In this document: positions 8,277 to 16,999 of the stretch, one piece after another
How positions within the stretch are numbered: the first letter of the stretch is position 1
Layout of the letters: each line of letters opens with the position of its first letter
From: an uncultured Treponema sp.
GTDB lineage: Bacteria > Spirochaetota > Spirochaetia > Treponematales > Treponemataceae
NCBI GenBank assembly: GCA_964554745.1
Contig: CAZKPZ010000003.1
Location: 1-49,387 of the forward strand
DNA: 49,387 nt
Direction: 5' to 3'
The notes under the pieces: model-generated
What the model saw: the letters and a program-made list of their open reading frames with translations, nothing else
Told to the model about the DNA's origin: nothing
Database searches by the model: none
Program-made: the position numbers and the translations under genes

Positions 8277-9707
8277 TTAGAGCTTGTCTATGAGCATGGA
8301 GCACTTGCCTGACGGAATCGGCAGCGTCTTGCGCTTTTGGTTCAAGATGTCTATCGTAAAGTAGTACAGCTTTTCGCTTTCCATCTGGATTTCCCAACCG
8401 CGGTTAGACTTGTTGCTCAGAATCGTAATGAGGTTGCGCTTGAGCGAAAGCTTTTCAATGCCCATAATCTCCAGGTTCGGAATAACCCAGTCTACGGTCT
8501 TGCGCGGCAGGCTGATGCTGAGTCCAATGACGTTCTCTATCATCAGCGCGACGGTAGAAAGCCCCAGAAAGTGCAGGAAGCGGTGTCTTGGAAAATCCGC
8601 ATTGCCGGAATACTTTGCCGGCCCCTCTTTGTTTGGCAGATAGGCTTCGTACAAGTCACCTTTCTTGGAGGCGTCAACAGGGCTTAAGCCTTCCAGCACG
8701 TAGTACAGGTGGCGGATTGCGCATTCACGCGCAAAGTCATAGCGCTGGTACTTTTCAAGCCCCTTTATTATCATGAAGTTGAACGTAGGGAATACGGAGC
8801 CGTAATAGGCCTCTCCGTCTTCGCTAAAGTGCGGGTCGTCCGCGCTAAGCGTAGGGAAGGGATGCTCTGTGCCGAACGTCTTGGGATTGGAAAGGTGCGA
8901 GATAAGCACGTCCGCCCTGTCTGAGTTCGGCAGTTCGGCCAAAAGCGGCCAGAAGCCGGCGGCAGTCTTATGCGGCAGCTGCTTTTCTTCGTTGTCCAAG
9001 TCATGGTAGAAGCCTGTGTCGGAGTTCCACATCAGGCGGTTGATTCTGGTCTTGAGGCTAAAGTACAGCTTCTTGTACTGAAAGCTCAAATCCTTGTCAT
9101 TCAAGATATCGCCCAAGGCGGACATGTGCGCGGCGTTAATCGCCATGCAGCTGTTGAAGTCCACCGGGTAGAAGGTGCCGTCGCGCGGAGAATTGAACAT
9201 TGTTGAAGCAACATGGGGCACGGCGTACAGTCCGTTCTGCTGCTTGAATGTGCGGTCTATCCATTCCATGTACTTGCACAGGGCGGGCATGACTTCTTTG
9301 ATGCGTCTCTTGTTAGCGCTCTTGTGATAGAGGTTGTATTCAGCCCATGCAAAAAGGGGCAGACCTATTCCTTCGGGATTGTCATCGGTTATAATAGGCT
9401 TGTTTGTGGCGGCATCGTACTTCCAGCGGATTGCACCGTTTTCTTCCTGTTTGGAGTAAAAATAATCTATGTTCTTGTTCGCCGGATAGTTGCGGTTGGA
9501 ATACACAAGAAAAAAGGAGGAGAATATGGACTCGGACTGATCCAATATATAGCGACCGTTCACTGGATAGATAAAATACCCGTCCGGGGAAATCTCCCCT
9601 GTTGAAGGGTTAATCCAATAGTCAGACAGCCAGTTCCATGTTTTATTATAAATATCTACAAAATCCTGATCATAAAAATGGATTTTGGGAAAGTCGTGCT
9701 TGTTCAC
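8277..9707 (-). CDS. GH63/MGH1-like (trehalase-like alpha6/alpha6) glycoside hydrolase
   Basis: MFNSPR, PVDFNS, LMWNSDTGFYHD, PFPTLS, YYGSVF, LYEAY motifs; GTG start; substrate unknown. Confidence 0.7.
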   Translation of the reverse strand: MNKHDFPKIHFYDQDFVDIYNKTWNWLSDYWINPSTGEISPDGYFIYPVNGRYILDQSESIFSSFFLVYSNRNYPANKNIDYFYSKQEENGAIRWKYDAATNKPIITDDNPEGIGLPLFAWAEYNLYHKSANKRRIKEVMPALCKYMEWIDRTFKQQNGLYAVPHVASTMFNSPRDGTFYPVDFNSCMAINAAHMSALGDILNDKDLSFQYKKLYFSLKTRINRLMWNSDTGFYHDLDNEEKQLPHKTAAGFWPLLAELPNSDRADVLISHLSNPKTFGTEHPFPTLSADDPHFSEDGEAYYGSVFPTFNFMIIKGLEKYQRYDFARECAIRHLYYVLEGLSPVDASKKGDLYEAYLPNKEGPAKYSGNADFPRHRFLHFLGLSTVALMIENVIGLSISLPRKTVDWVIPNLEIMGIEKLSLKRNLITILSNKSNRGWEIQMESEKLYYFTIDILNQKRKTLPIPSGKCSMLIDKL

Positions 9708-9894
9708 ACCAGCTCCTAAAAATTATGCCGATTTTTGAAGAACTTTTCAAATTCGCTAATCTTCATTATATCATAAAAACAATAAAAACGATACAATTTG
9801 AAGAATATTTTTCTTTTTTTTATTTACAAATGCCGAAAAGACTCCTCTTGCTTAGATTCCCGCAAAAAATTATGATAGATTCGAGGCTTCCAGT

Positions 9895-12309
9895 ATGTTC
9901 AAATCTTACATTTATCTTGAAATTCGTGTGCTTCTTTCCGCCATGCCGGGTGTATTCATAGAAGAAGGCGGTAAAGACGGACCTAAAGACATTCTTTCGG
10001 CAAAGAAAGAGTTCCTAAAAAAGAACAACGAAGGGCAGACGTTCTCTACCGTACGTATTCAGCCGTCTGTGCTGCACAAGGTGTCTACGTTCGTGCGCGC
10101 GACTGGCGGCAGGGCGATTGAAGACCCTCTGCTTGAGCATTTGACGGGGAACATCATAGAACCGCCTGACGACAGGACGTTCACCGGGTTTTCGGTAAAG
10201 CTTGCGGAAGGCGGCAGCCTGGGGCTTGTCTTTCACCAGAAAGAAAAAGAAATACATATAGAGGAAGTCCGCATTGAAGAAGACCGCGGCAGGCTCACAA
10301 GGTCCGGCGGCAAAAAGGCTTCCATCGACTGGACGTATGCCGGCTGCCCGACCATGAGAATCCGCACCAAGAATGAATTCGAGCTTGGAGACGAGGCGGA
10401 GCTGTTCCTTGAGGAGCTGTACACCCTGCTCACCTACCTAAAGCTTGTCTCGCCTGAAAGCGGTGAAAATTCGGTGCGCTGCAACGCTTATGCCGCAATA
10501 GCAAAGTATCCTGCCGAACCGGAATACTACGTAAAGCTCAGAAATTTGAATTCGTTCAACTTTGTGCGCAAGGCCATCAACTCCGAACTGTCCCGCGAGG
10601 ACGAGATTCTGTCTTCGGGCGGCAGTATTGCCAGTGAAAGCCGCCTGTGGAACGAAGAGCAGAACATCACTGAATCCTACCAGGACAGAGACACTCATCT
10701 GGAGCGCTTTGAGACTGTAATGCCGGAAATACACACAGGCGGGCTGCAAAAGACCAGCGGTGACGCGGCGATAGAACTGCCAAAGGCGCGTCGCGAGAGA
10801 ATCAGAAAGGAATACGGCCTTTCACGGCTGCGCTCTTTCTTTATCTGCCGCGAAAAAGACCGTGCGGATTATTTTGAACAGGCCGTACAAGACGGCGCGG
10901 AGCCTCTGCTTACCGCACACTGGATGGCCGGCGAGCTGATGAAGATTCTGAACAAGACTTCTCTTTCTATAAAGCAGTGCCATATAACGAGCCACAAGTT
11001 CGCCCAGATAATGCAGCTGCTCATCATGGGCAAAATCAACTCTACAATCGCAAAGAACCTGCTTGCCGACATTGCAAAGAACGGCTCCGATGTGGAAGAG
11101 CTTATAAAGCAGCCCGGCATGACGGTGCTTTCAAGTCAGGCGGAACTGCTGCCGTATGTGCGCAAGGTGCTTGACGAAAACCCGAACGGAAGCGCCGCCC
11201 TCAAAAAAGGCGAAATGGCTTCGCTTGAGTATCTTACCGGCCTTGTGATGAAAGCCACGAACGGCCGCGCAGACCCAGTTGCAGTAAAGTCTCTTATAAA
11301 GCAGGAACTCAAGGTAAATGTCATCTACGTGCTCACAATGGGCGGCTCCATTACGGCAGAAAAGCTGAGTGACGGAACAGTTGCCGCAGGGAATTCAAAC
11401 GTCATAAAAGCTCTGATTTCAAAACTTGACTTTCCTCTGCCCGTGCAGGTTGTGAATGTGCGCTCAATGCTCAGCGAGGAAACAGAGCCTTCCGACTGGG
11501 CGGCATTAATCAGTGAGGTTTCCGGGCGCATACAAAGCGGCATGGCAAACGGAATTGTCGTTACCCACGGAACGGACACACTGCCGTATACTTCCGCCCT
11601 GCTCTACTGGCTGTTTTCTGCATCGCAGGTTCCTGTGGTGCTCACGGCGTCTTCTACGATTCCTGCAGAAGGCAGTGAAGCCGTAGAGAACTTAAAGACG
11701 GCTCTGGAAACTGCCCGCGACAAGAAAGGCGGTGTCTATGTAGTATACGGCACAAAGGTGCTTTCTCCGCTCAACTTAAAGTATACCGGCGGAGAGAAAG
11801 ACGCTTTTTCTGTCTGGAACATGAAGGACAACATGTTTGCAAGTAAAAGTCTGCTCTCGCAGAACTTTCTTTCCGTGCAGCAGCCGGACAGCAATGTTAT
11901 GGCAGACATTCTTAACGAAGCCGCAAACCGCATGGAAGTGGTCAAGCTGTATCCGGGGCTTCCTGGCGCACGGCTTGCCCAGAGCATGAATACGGAAAAC
12001 GGCATAGACACGGTTATACTGGAATTGTACGGACACGGAACCGGCAACGTGCGCAACAGCGACTATTCGCTGAAAAGTCTCTTGTTCCGCGGCAGAAAGA
12101 ACGGAGCAACGTTCTACTGCACATCACAGCAGGAAAGCAAGGTAGACTTCCGCGAGTTCGCAACGAGCGCGGACGTGTGGCGGGAAGGCGCGGTGCCGAT
12201 GGGCAGCCTTACGACAGAATCGGTTATTGCGCTCTACTTTGCAGCATCCCTCGTTGCAGACAACAGCAGGGAGCTGAAAGAGCTGATGGAAAACGGTGCT
12301 GAGTCGTAA
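9895..12309 (+). CDS. GatB/GatE-like domain fused to an asparaginase/GatD-like domain
   Basis: N-terminal ~470 aa: LEI, IEEDRG, SVRCNA, RNLNSFNFVRKAI, ELP, YqeY-like GLVMKATNGRADP; C-terminal part: GGSI, LSEE, VVTHGTDTL, PVVLT, KLYPG. Confidence 0.88.
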   Translation: MFKSYIYLEIRVLLSAMPGVFIEEGGKDGPKDILSAKKEFLKKNNEGQTFSTVRIQPSVLHKVSTFVRATGGRAIEDPLLEHLTGNIIEPPDDRTFTGFSVKLAEGGSLGLVFHQKEKEIHIEEVRIEEDRGRLTRSGGKKASIDWTYAGCPTMRIRTKNEFELGDEAELFLEELYTLLTYLKLVSPESGENSVRCNAYAAIAKYPAEPEYYVKLRNLNSFNFVRKAINSELSREDEILSSGGSIASESRLWNEEQNITESYQDRDTHLERFETVMPEIHTGGLQKTSGDAAIELPKARRERIRKEYGLSRLRSFFICREKDRADYFEQAVQDGAEPLLTAHWMAGELMKILNKTSLSIKQCHITSHKFAQIMQLLIMGKINSTIAKNLLADIAKNGSDVEELIKQPGMTVLSSQAELLPYVRKVLDENPNGSAALKKGEMASLEYLTGLVMKATNGRADPVAVKSLIKQELKVNVIYVLTMGGSITAEKLSDGTVAAGNSNVIKALISKLDFPLPVQVVNVRSMLSEETEPSDWAALISEVSGRIQSGMANGIVVTHGTDTLPYTSALLYWLFSASQVPVVLTASSTIPAEGSEAVENLKTALETARDKKGGVYVVYGTKVLSPLNLKYTGGEKDAFSVWNMKDNMFASKSLLSQNFLSVQQPDSNVMADILNEAANRMEVVKLYPGLPGARLAQSMNTENGIDTVILELYGHGTGNVRNSDYSLKSLLFRGRKNGATFYCTSQQESKVDFREFATSADVWREGAVPMGSLTTESVIALYFAASLVADNSRELKELMENGAES

Positions 12310-12339
12310 GGCTGACCGCAGCAGCTGAGCCGGCCGTCT

Positions 12340-14160
12340 TTATCTTGACGATTTAGACGGTGCGGTAAAGTTTGCCGGCGGATCGCAGAAGAGGCGTATA
12401 AGCTCTTTCTGTGACTTGTGCCTTGACTTTAAGAAAAGCGTAGAAAGAGACTCGTTATAGATGAATCCCGAAGAATTGTAAATCTCAAAGTTCTTGTCCG
12501 AACGGAACTTAAGCTGCTGAATCTCGATATTCATGTGGAATGTCGGAATACCTGTGAAAATCACGTAATGCGTGTAGCTCAGCGTAAAGTCGATAGTTAT
12601 GTCGGTGGTTCCGTTCTCTGCAATCTTATAATCGATGTTTGGAGCACATGTCCAAGCCCAGACAGGATTCTTGCCGTAATAGCCGAACACCTGGACATGC
12701 GGATAAAAACGGTTCTCTTTTATAACACGATGGTACACTTCGCCAATCTCGCTGAGAGAAAGAGAGCTTGCATTATCAATCTCCGTAGAAACCAAAAGGC
12801 GGCCTGTCCCCAAAATGGCTTCGTCGCCCACGGCATCTCCGTAGTCCACAAGCGTCTGCCCCAAAAGGATGCGCTCCGTGCGCGAAAGTTCCACTTCGGC
12901 CGCATCGGAATCGGCTCGCTTGCCGACAACAATGCGCTCGCCGTCAAGTGTCAGGTATGACGCGATGACTGAAATACATTTGTCTATGCAGCCGCCAAGA
13001 TTATCTGCAAAAGAGGCGTCTTCCGCATCAAGCGCACAGTACACGTGCAGTATAGCGACTGCCTGTGCAAGAGTCGGCTCAAAAGCAGGTATTTCAGACG
13101 GAATATGCAGCACTTGTACAGAAAGCGGATTGAGTTTTTGCAGAAGAAGATAGTCGGCAAGTCCGTCTTTGGTAAATATCTCCAGGTCTTTAGAGGCAAC
13201 GGCAGCATTCATTGCATTTGACAGTCTGGCGGTTGTTGAGCGAAGACTTTCGTTCTTGAAAACAAGATCCGCAAAGAACGGCGCAGAAAGATAGGTGCGG
13301 GAGCCGCCGCTCTTGTAAGCGGCAGGAACCAAGTTCAGCGCCATGTTGAATTTGTTGTCGCTCGCCATGTCTGCAACATACGCAGTGACAGCTTTTTCTG
13401 AGAATGTTGTGTTGGCGCTGACCGCAGCCTGAAACTTTGTGCGAAGCTGCGCCTTTAGCGCAGACTTTGTCTGATTATACGAAGTCTGGTCCGTAAAAGG
13501 CAGTCCGGTAACGGAAGCATAGTGGAATTCCGTAACAGGTGTATACGGACGATATGTGGCTACAGCACTGTTTGCGGAGAACACCGCGACACTGCCTTCC
13601 CAAACAGGTCCTGCAAGCATAAAATAACTGTCGCCAGTTTTAAGAGAGATGGCGCTGGTCCCCAGCCGGTTCACTTCATAAGAGTCACTTATTGTATAAG
13701 GAACGGCAACCCGCTCGTAATTTTCAGGCAGATTTGCTGTTATAACAAGTAAAGGGGCAGAAACTGGTTCAGAAGAATCAGCTGAACTCTGTCCCTTATA
13801 TATAGAAGAAAACTTCAAGGACACTCCGCCGGCAAAGTCAAGCAGAACCTCGCCGTCGGCAGACTTATTCCAAGAAGTGAGCACAAGCTTTTCTTTTGCG
13901 CCGTCAGAACCAGCAAGATAAGCCGTCGCACAGTTATTTTCATTGGAGGAAAAGGTCAGACCCTTATACGCAATACGGAAGCGGTTTTTTAAAATATCAT
14001 TGCCGTCCTTGTCCTTTGCAGAGGAAAGAGACAGCTCCATTCCGCCTATGTTTTGTGCTATAACAGTCTCGGTCTTGAATTGCAGCACAAAAACGCCGAT
14101 AATCAGAGCGGCATAAAGGACAGTAAGTGACAAAAATTTTAAGACTCTGTATTTACGCAT
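12340..14160 (-). CDS. Hypothetical N-terminally membrane-anchored exported protein
   Basis: Long ORF; single TM after MRKYRVLK; promoter TTGAAT-17-TAAAAT directly upstream of ATG 14160. Confidence 0.75.
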   Translation of the reverse strand: MRKYRVLKFLSLTVLYAALIIGVFVLQFKTETVIAQNIGGMELSLSSAKDKDGNDILKNRFRIAYKGLTFSSNENNCATAYLAGSDGAKEKLVLTSWNKSADGEVLLDFAGGVSLKFSSIYKGQSSADSSEPVSAPLLVITANLPENYERVAVPYTISDSYEVNRLGTSAISLKTGDSYFMLAGPVWEGSVAVFSANSAVATYRPYTPVTEFHYASVTGLPFTDQTSYNQTKSALKAQLRTKFQAAVSANTTFSEKAVTAYVADMASDNKFNMALNLVPAAYKSGGSRTYLSAPFFADLVFKNESLRSTTARLSNAMNAAVASKDLEIFTKDGLADYLLLQKLNPLSVQVLHIPSEIPAFEPTLAQAVAILHVYCALDAEDASFADNLGGCIDKCISVIASYLTLDGERIVVGKRADSDAAEVELSRTERILLGQTLVDYGDAVGDEAILGTGRLLVSTEIDNASSLSLSEIGEVYHRVIKENRFYPHVQVFGYYGKNPVWAWTCAPNIDYKIAENGTTDITIDFTLSYTHYVIFTGIPTFHMNIEIQQLKFRSDKNFEIYNSSGFIYNESLSTLFLKSRHKSQKELIRLFCDPPANFTAPSKSSR

Positions 14161-14266
14161 TTTGAACATTTTATCTACTAAGACTGTAAAATTCAAGGGA
14201 ATTTGAAAAAAGCTCCCTTTTTTGATATAATTGCGAACACTAAAAATGAAGGAGACATTTAGATTT

Positions 14267-15742
14267 ATGGGTGATACCAACAAAATGAAAAAACTGACCG
14301 TTTTTGCCGTCTTTGTGACGGTTTTGGCCGCAATTGCCTTTGCAGACGCAAAAAAAACAGGCCGCCCAGTAAACACAACGCAGGATGTGCCGCAGACTGG
14401 CGCTCAAGAAGGATTCTCAAAGTCAGAGTTTATAAAAAAGATTCAGGAAGTCTTACGGAGCAAAAACACTCAGGCCGCCATCGCACTCTACGATGAACTG
14501 CCAGAAAGCGAAGCCCAGGACACAGATTTGCTCATCATAAAGGCATCTCTCTATATAAGCACTGCAAATCTAAAAGAAGCAAAAAGTGTATGTTCTGCCG
14601 TGCTTGAAAAAGACAGCGCCAATTTAGACGCTTTGGAGCTGCTTTTGTATATTGCCCGTCTCCAGAATGATTCAAAAAGCGAGAGTCAGTACGAAAAAGC
14701 TCTGCTTGCGAAAGACACGTATAATGTTGCGGCGAACCTTGCGCTCGGTGAAAATGCTTTTGAAAACAAAAACTACAAGCAGGCCCGCCAGTACTTTCAG
14801 AAAGCCCTTGTCAGAGAAGCAACAAACCAGGACGCGCTTTTTGGACTGGGACAGGCAGACTACTATCTGGGCGCAAAAGATGCCAGCATGGACACTGAAG
14901 CGGAAGGTGTCTTTAAGAAGATTCTGGCGCTGAATCCACAAAATTCCCTTGCCTATTCATACTTGGGCAAGCTTGCCGCCGCCGCAAACAAATACAAGGC
15001 CGCCTCCGACTATGTAAAAAAAGCTATAGACATTGACAATGACAACTACAACTACTACATCGACTACGGCATGTACCAGAACTATCTTAGCAACTACGAC
15101 ACAGCCGTCTCGGCGTGGACTCAGGCGATTCAGCTGCAGCCGAATTATTTTCTTGCCTACGCATACCGCGGAAGCCTTTATGACGAGCAGGGGCAGGAAG
15201 AGCTTGCCATTGCCGACTACAATCAGGTGGTCCGCTGCAACCCAGACTACTACTACGCATACGAAAGCATTGGTGTGCTTCAGATTCACCAAAAGAACTG
15301 GTCTGCAGCCCGCGAAGCCTTTATGAAATGCTACGAAAAGGACAAGTCTGCCAACATTTCATATCCGCTCATGGTCACCTACTGCTATTACATGGAAAAA
15401 GACAAGATTAACGCCAAGAAATTCAGTGACAAAGTACTGCGCAAGATGGATCGCTCTTCCATAGAATACGCCATGCTCCGCGTCTTTCACGATGAATCGG
15501 GTGAAATGCCGCTGCCGCAGAAAATCAATACGATTGACAACACAAAGCAGAAAGGCAAGATGTGGTTCTACCTTGGACTCTTCTACGACATGTTCGGCGG
15601 CAGCGAATTCGCGGCAGAAAACTACACCAAGCTTCTTGCAATGAACAGCCCCATGATTTTTGAATACCGTCTGGCGGAATGGCGTCTCGGCAAACTGTCT
15701 TTGGACAGCGAGGACAAAAGCTTAAGCAAGGTCGGAAATTAA
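14267..15742 (+). CDS. Exported tetratricopeptide repeat protein
   Basis: Signal peptide MKKLTVFAVF...AFA (alternative start 14285); multiple TPR units such as AYSYLGKL and AYAYRGSLY. Confidence 0.88.
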   Translation: MGDTNKMKKLTVFAVFVTVLAAIAFADAKKTGRPVNTTQDVPQTGAQEGFSKSEFIKKIQEVLRSKNTQAAIALYDELPESEAQDTDLLIIKASLYISTANLKEAKSVCSAVLEKDSANLDALELLLYIARLQNDSKSESQYEKALLAKDTYNVAANLALGENAFENKNYKQARQYFQKALVREATNQDALFGLGQADYYLGAKDASMDTEAEGVFKKILALNPQNSLAYSYLGKLAAAANKYKAASDYVKKAIDIDNDNYNYYIDYGMYQNYLSNYDTAVSAWTQAIQLQPNYFLAYAYRGSLYDEQGQEELAIADYNQVVRCNPDYYYAYESIGVLQIHQKNWSAAREAFMKCYEKDKSANISYPLMVTYCYYMEKDKINAKKFSDKVLRKMDRSSIEYAMLRVFHDESGEMPLPQKINTIDNTKQKGKMWFYLGLFYDMFGGSEFAAENYTKLLAMNSPMIFEYRLAEWRLGKLSLDSEDKSLSKVGN

Positions 15743-16951
15743 ATGGCAACTGATACAGCAACGCAGAAGCATCTGGCTTTTGGAGAGCGGGAGATAGTTC
15801 TTGTTGGAACGGCTCACGTAAGTGAAGCCAGCGTACAGGAAGCACAGACTGCCATTGAGACGGAAAAGCCTGACACGGTGGCTATTGAGCTGGATCAAAA
15901 ACGCTTTGAAAGTCTTGAAGACCCGGAATCATGGCGCAAGATGGACATCGTTAAGGTCTTAAAAGAAAAGAACGGCTTTCTGATGCTTTCAAACATCATC
16001 TTAGGCTCATATCAAAAAAAGATAGGTCTTGATACCGGGGTAAAACCCGGTGACGAGATGCTGGCGGCGATTAACAAAGCAAAAGAACTGGGTACTCCCA
16101 CAGAAATGGTTGACCGCCCCATCACAGTGACACTGCGCCGCGCCTGGGCAAAGAATTCTTTCCTGGGCAAGTGCAATCTGCTTGCCCTGCTGATTTCCAG
16201 CGCATTCAGCAAAGAAGAAGTCACCTCTGAGCAGATTGAAGACCTAAAAGACAAAAGCGAAATGGACGACATGATGACAGAGCTTTCAAAAGAAATGCCT
16301 GTCGTAAAGGAAGTGCTTATAGACGAGCGGGACTTCTATCTTGCAAGTCACATCTGGAACTGCAAGGGGAATAAGGTGCTTGCGGTCTTAGGCGCAGGGC
16401 ACTTGCCGGGCGTGCAGCAACACATCGAGCAGATAGCAGCCGGCACAGAAAAAAGCGACTGCTCGCAAATCGACCACGTTCCCGAACCCAAAGCCGCCTC
16501 AAAAGCCCTGCAGTGGCTTATACCGGCGCTCATCATCGCGCTTATAGCAGCAGGATTCGTATATGGAGGAAAGACAAAGGGCTTTAACATGCTCAGCTCA
16601 TGGGTTCTCTGGAACGGAATTCTTGCAGCCATCGGTTCTGCAATCGCGGCGGCGCATCCGCTGACAATACTCGTGTCTTTTGCAGGCGCGCCGCTCACGT
16701 CGCTGTGTCCGCTTATCGGAATCGGTATTGTGGCAGGAATCGTACAGGCAATAATCTGCAAACCAAAAGTCGCGGACATGGAATCTATTTCAACAGACGC
16801 ACTCTCAGTCAAGGGTTTCTACAAGAACCGCATACTGCGCTCCCTGCTGGTATTTGTTCTGTCTTCTCTGGGCAGTAGCATAGGAACTTTTGTTGCAGGA
16901 GCTTCATTCGTAAAAGTACTGGCAGGACTCTGGAACAAAATACCGTTATAG
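15743..16951 (+). CDS. TraB/PrgY/GumN family membrane protein (putative metalloprotease)
   Basis: LVGTAHVS, AIELD, PGDEM, LIDERD, VLGAGH, followed by C-terminal TM helices. Confidence 0.9.
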   Translation: MATDTATQKHLAFGEREIVLVGTAHVSEASVQEAQTAIETEKPDTVAIELDQKRFESLEDPESWRKMDIVKVLKEKNGFLMLSNIILGSYQKKIGLDTGVKPGDEMLAAINKAKELGTPTEMVDRPITVTLRRAWAKNSFLGKCNLLALLISSAFSKEEVTSEQIEDLKDKSEMDDMMTELSKEMPVVKEVLIDERDFYLASHIWNCKGNKVLAVLGAGHLPGVQQHIEQIAAGTEKSDCSQIDHVPEPKAASKALQWLIPALIIALIAAGFVYGGKTKGFNMLSSWVLWNGILAAIGSAIAAAHPLTILVSFAGAPLTSLCPLIGIGIVAGIVQAIICKPKVADMESISTDALSVKGFYKNRILRSLLVFVLSSLGSSIGTFVAGASFVKVLAGLWNKIPL

Positions 16952-16999
16952 CTTGCTTAAAGCGCAAAATGTGTTATAATGCAGTAAAGTAGGCTTAAT

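Noticed and set aside
9895-12309. Annotating as ordinary gatB
   Set aside because: Catalytic motifs are altered, there is an extra asparaginase domain, and no gatA/gatC is adjacent
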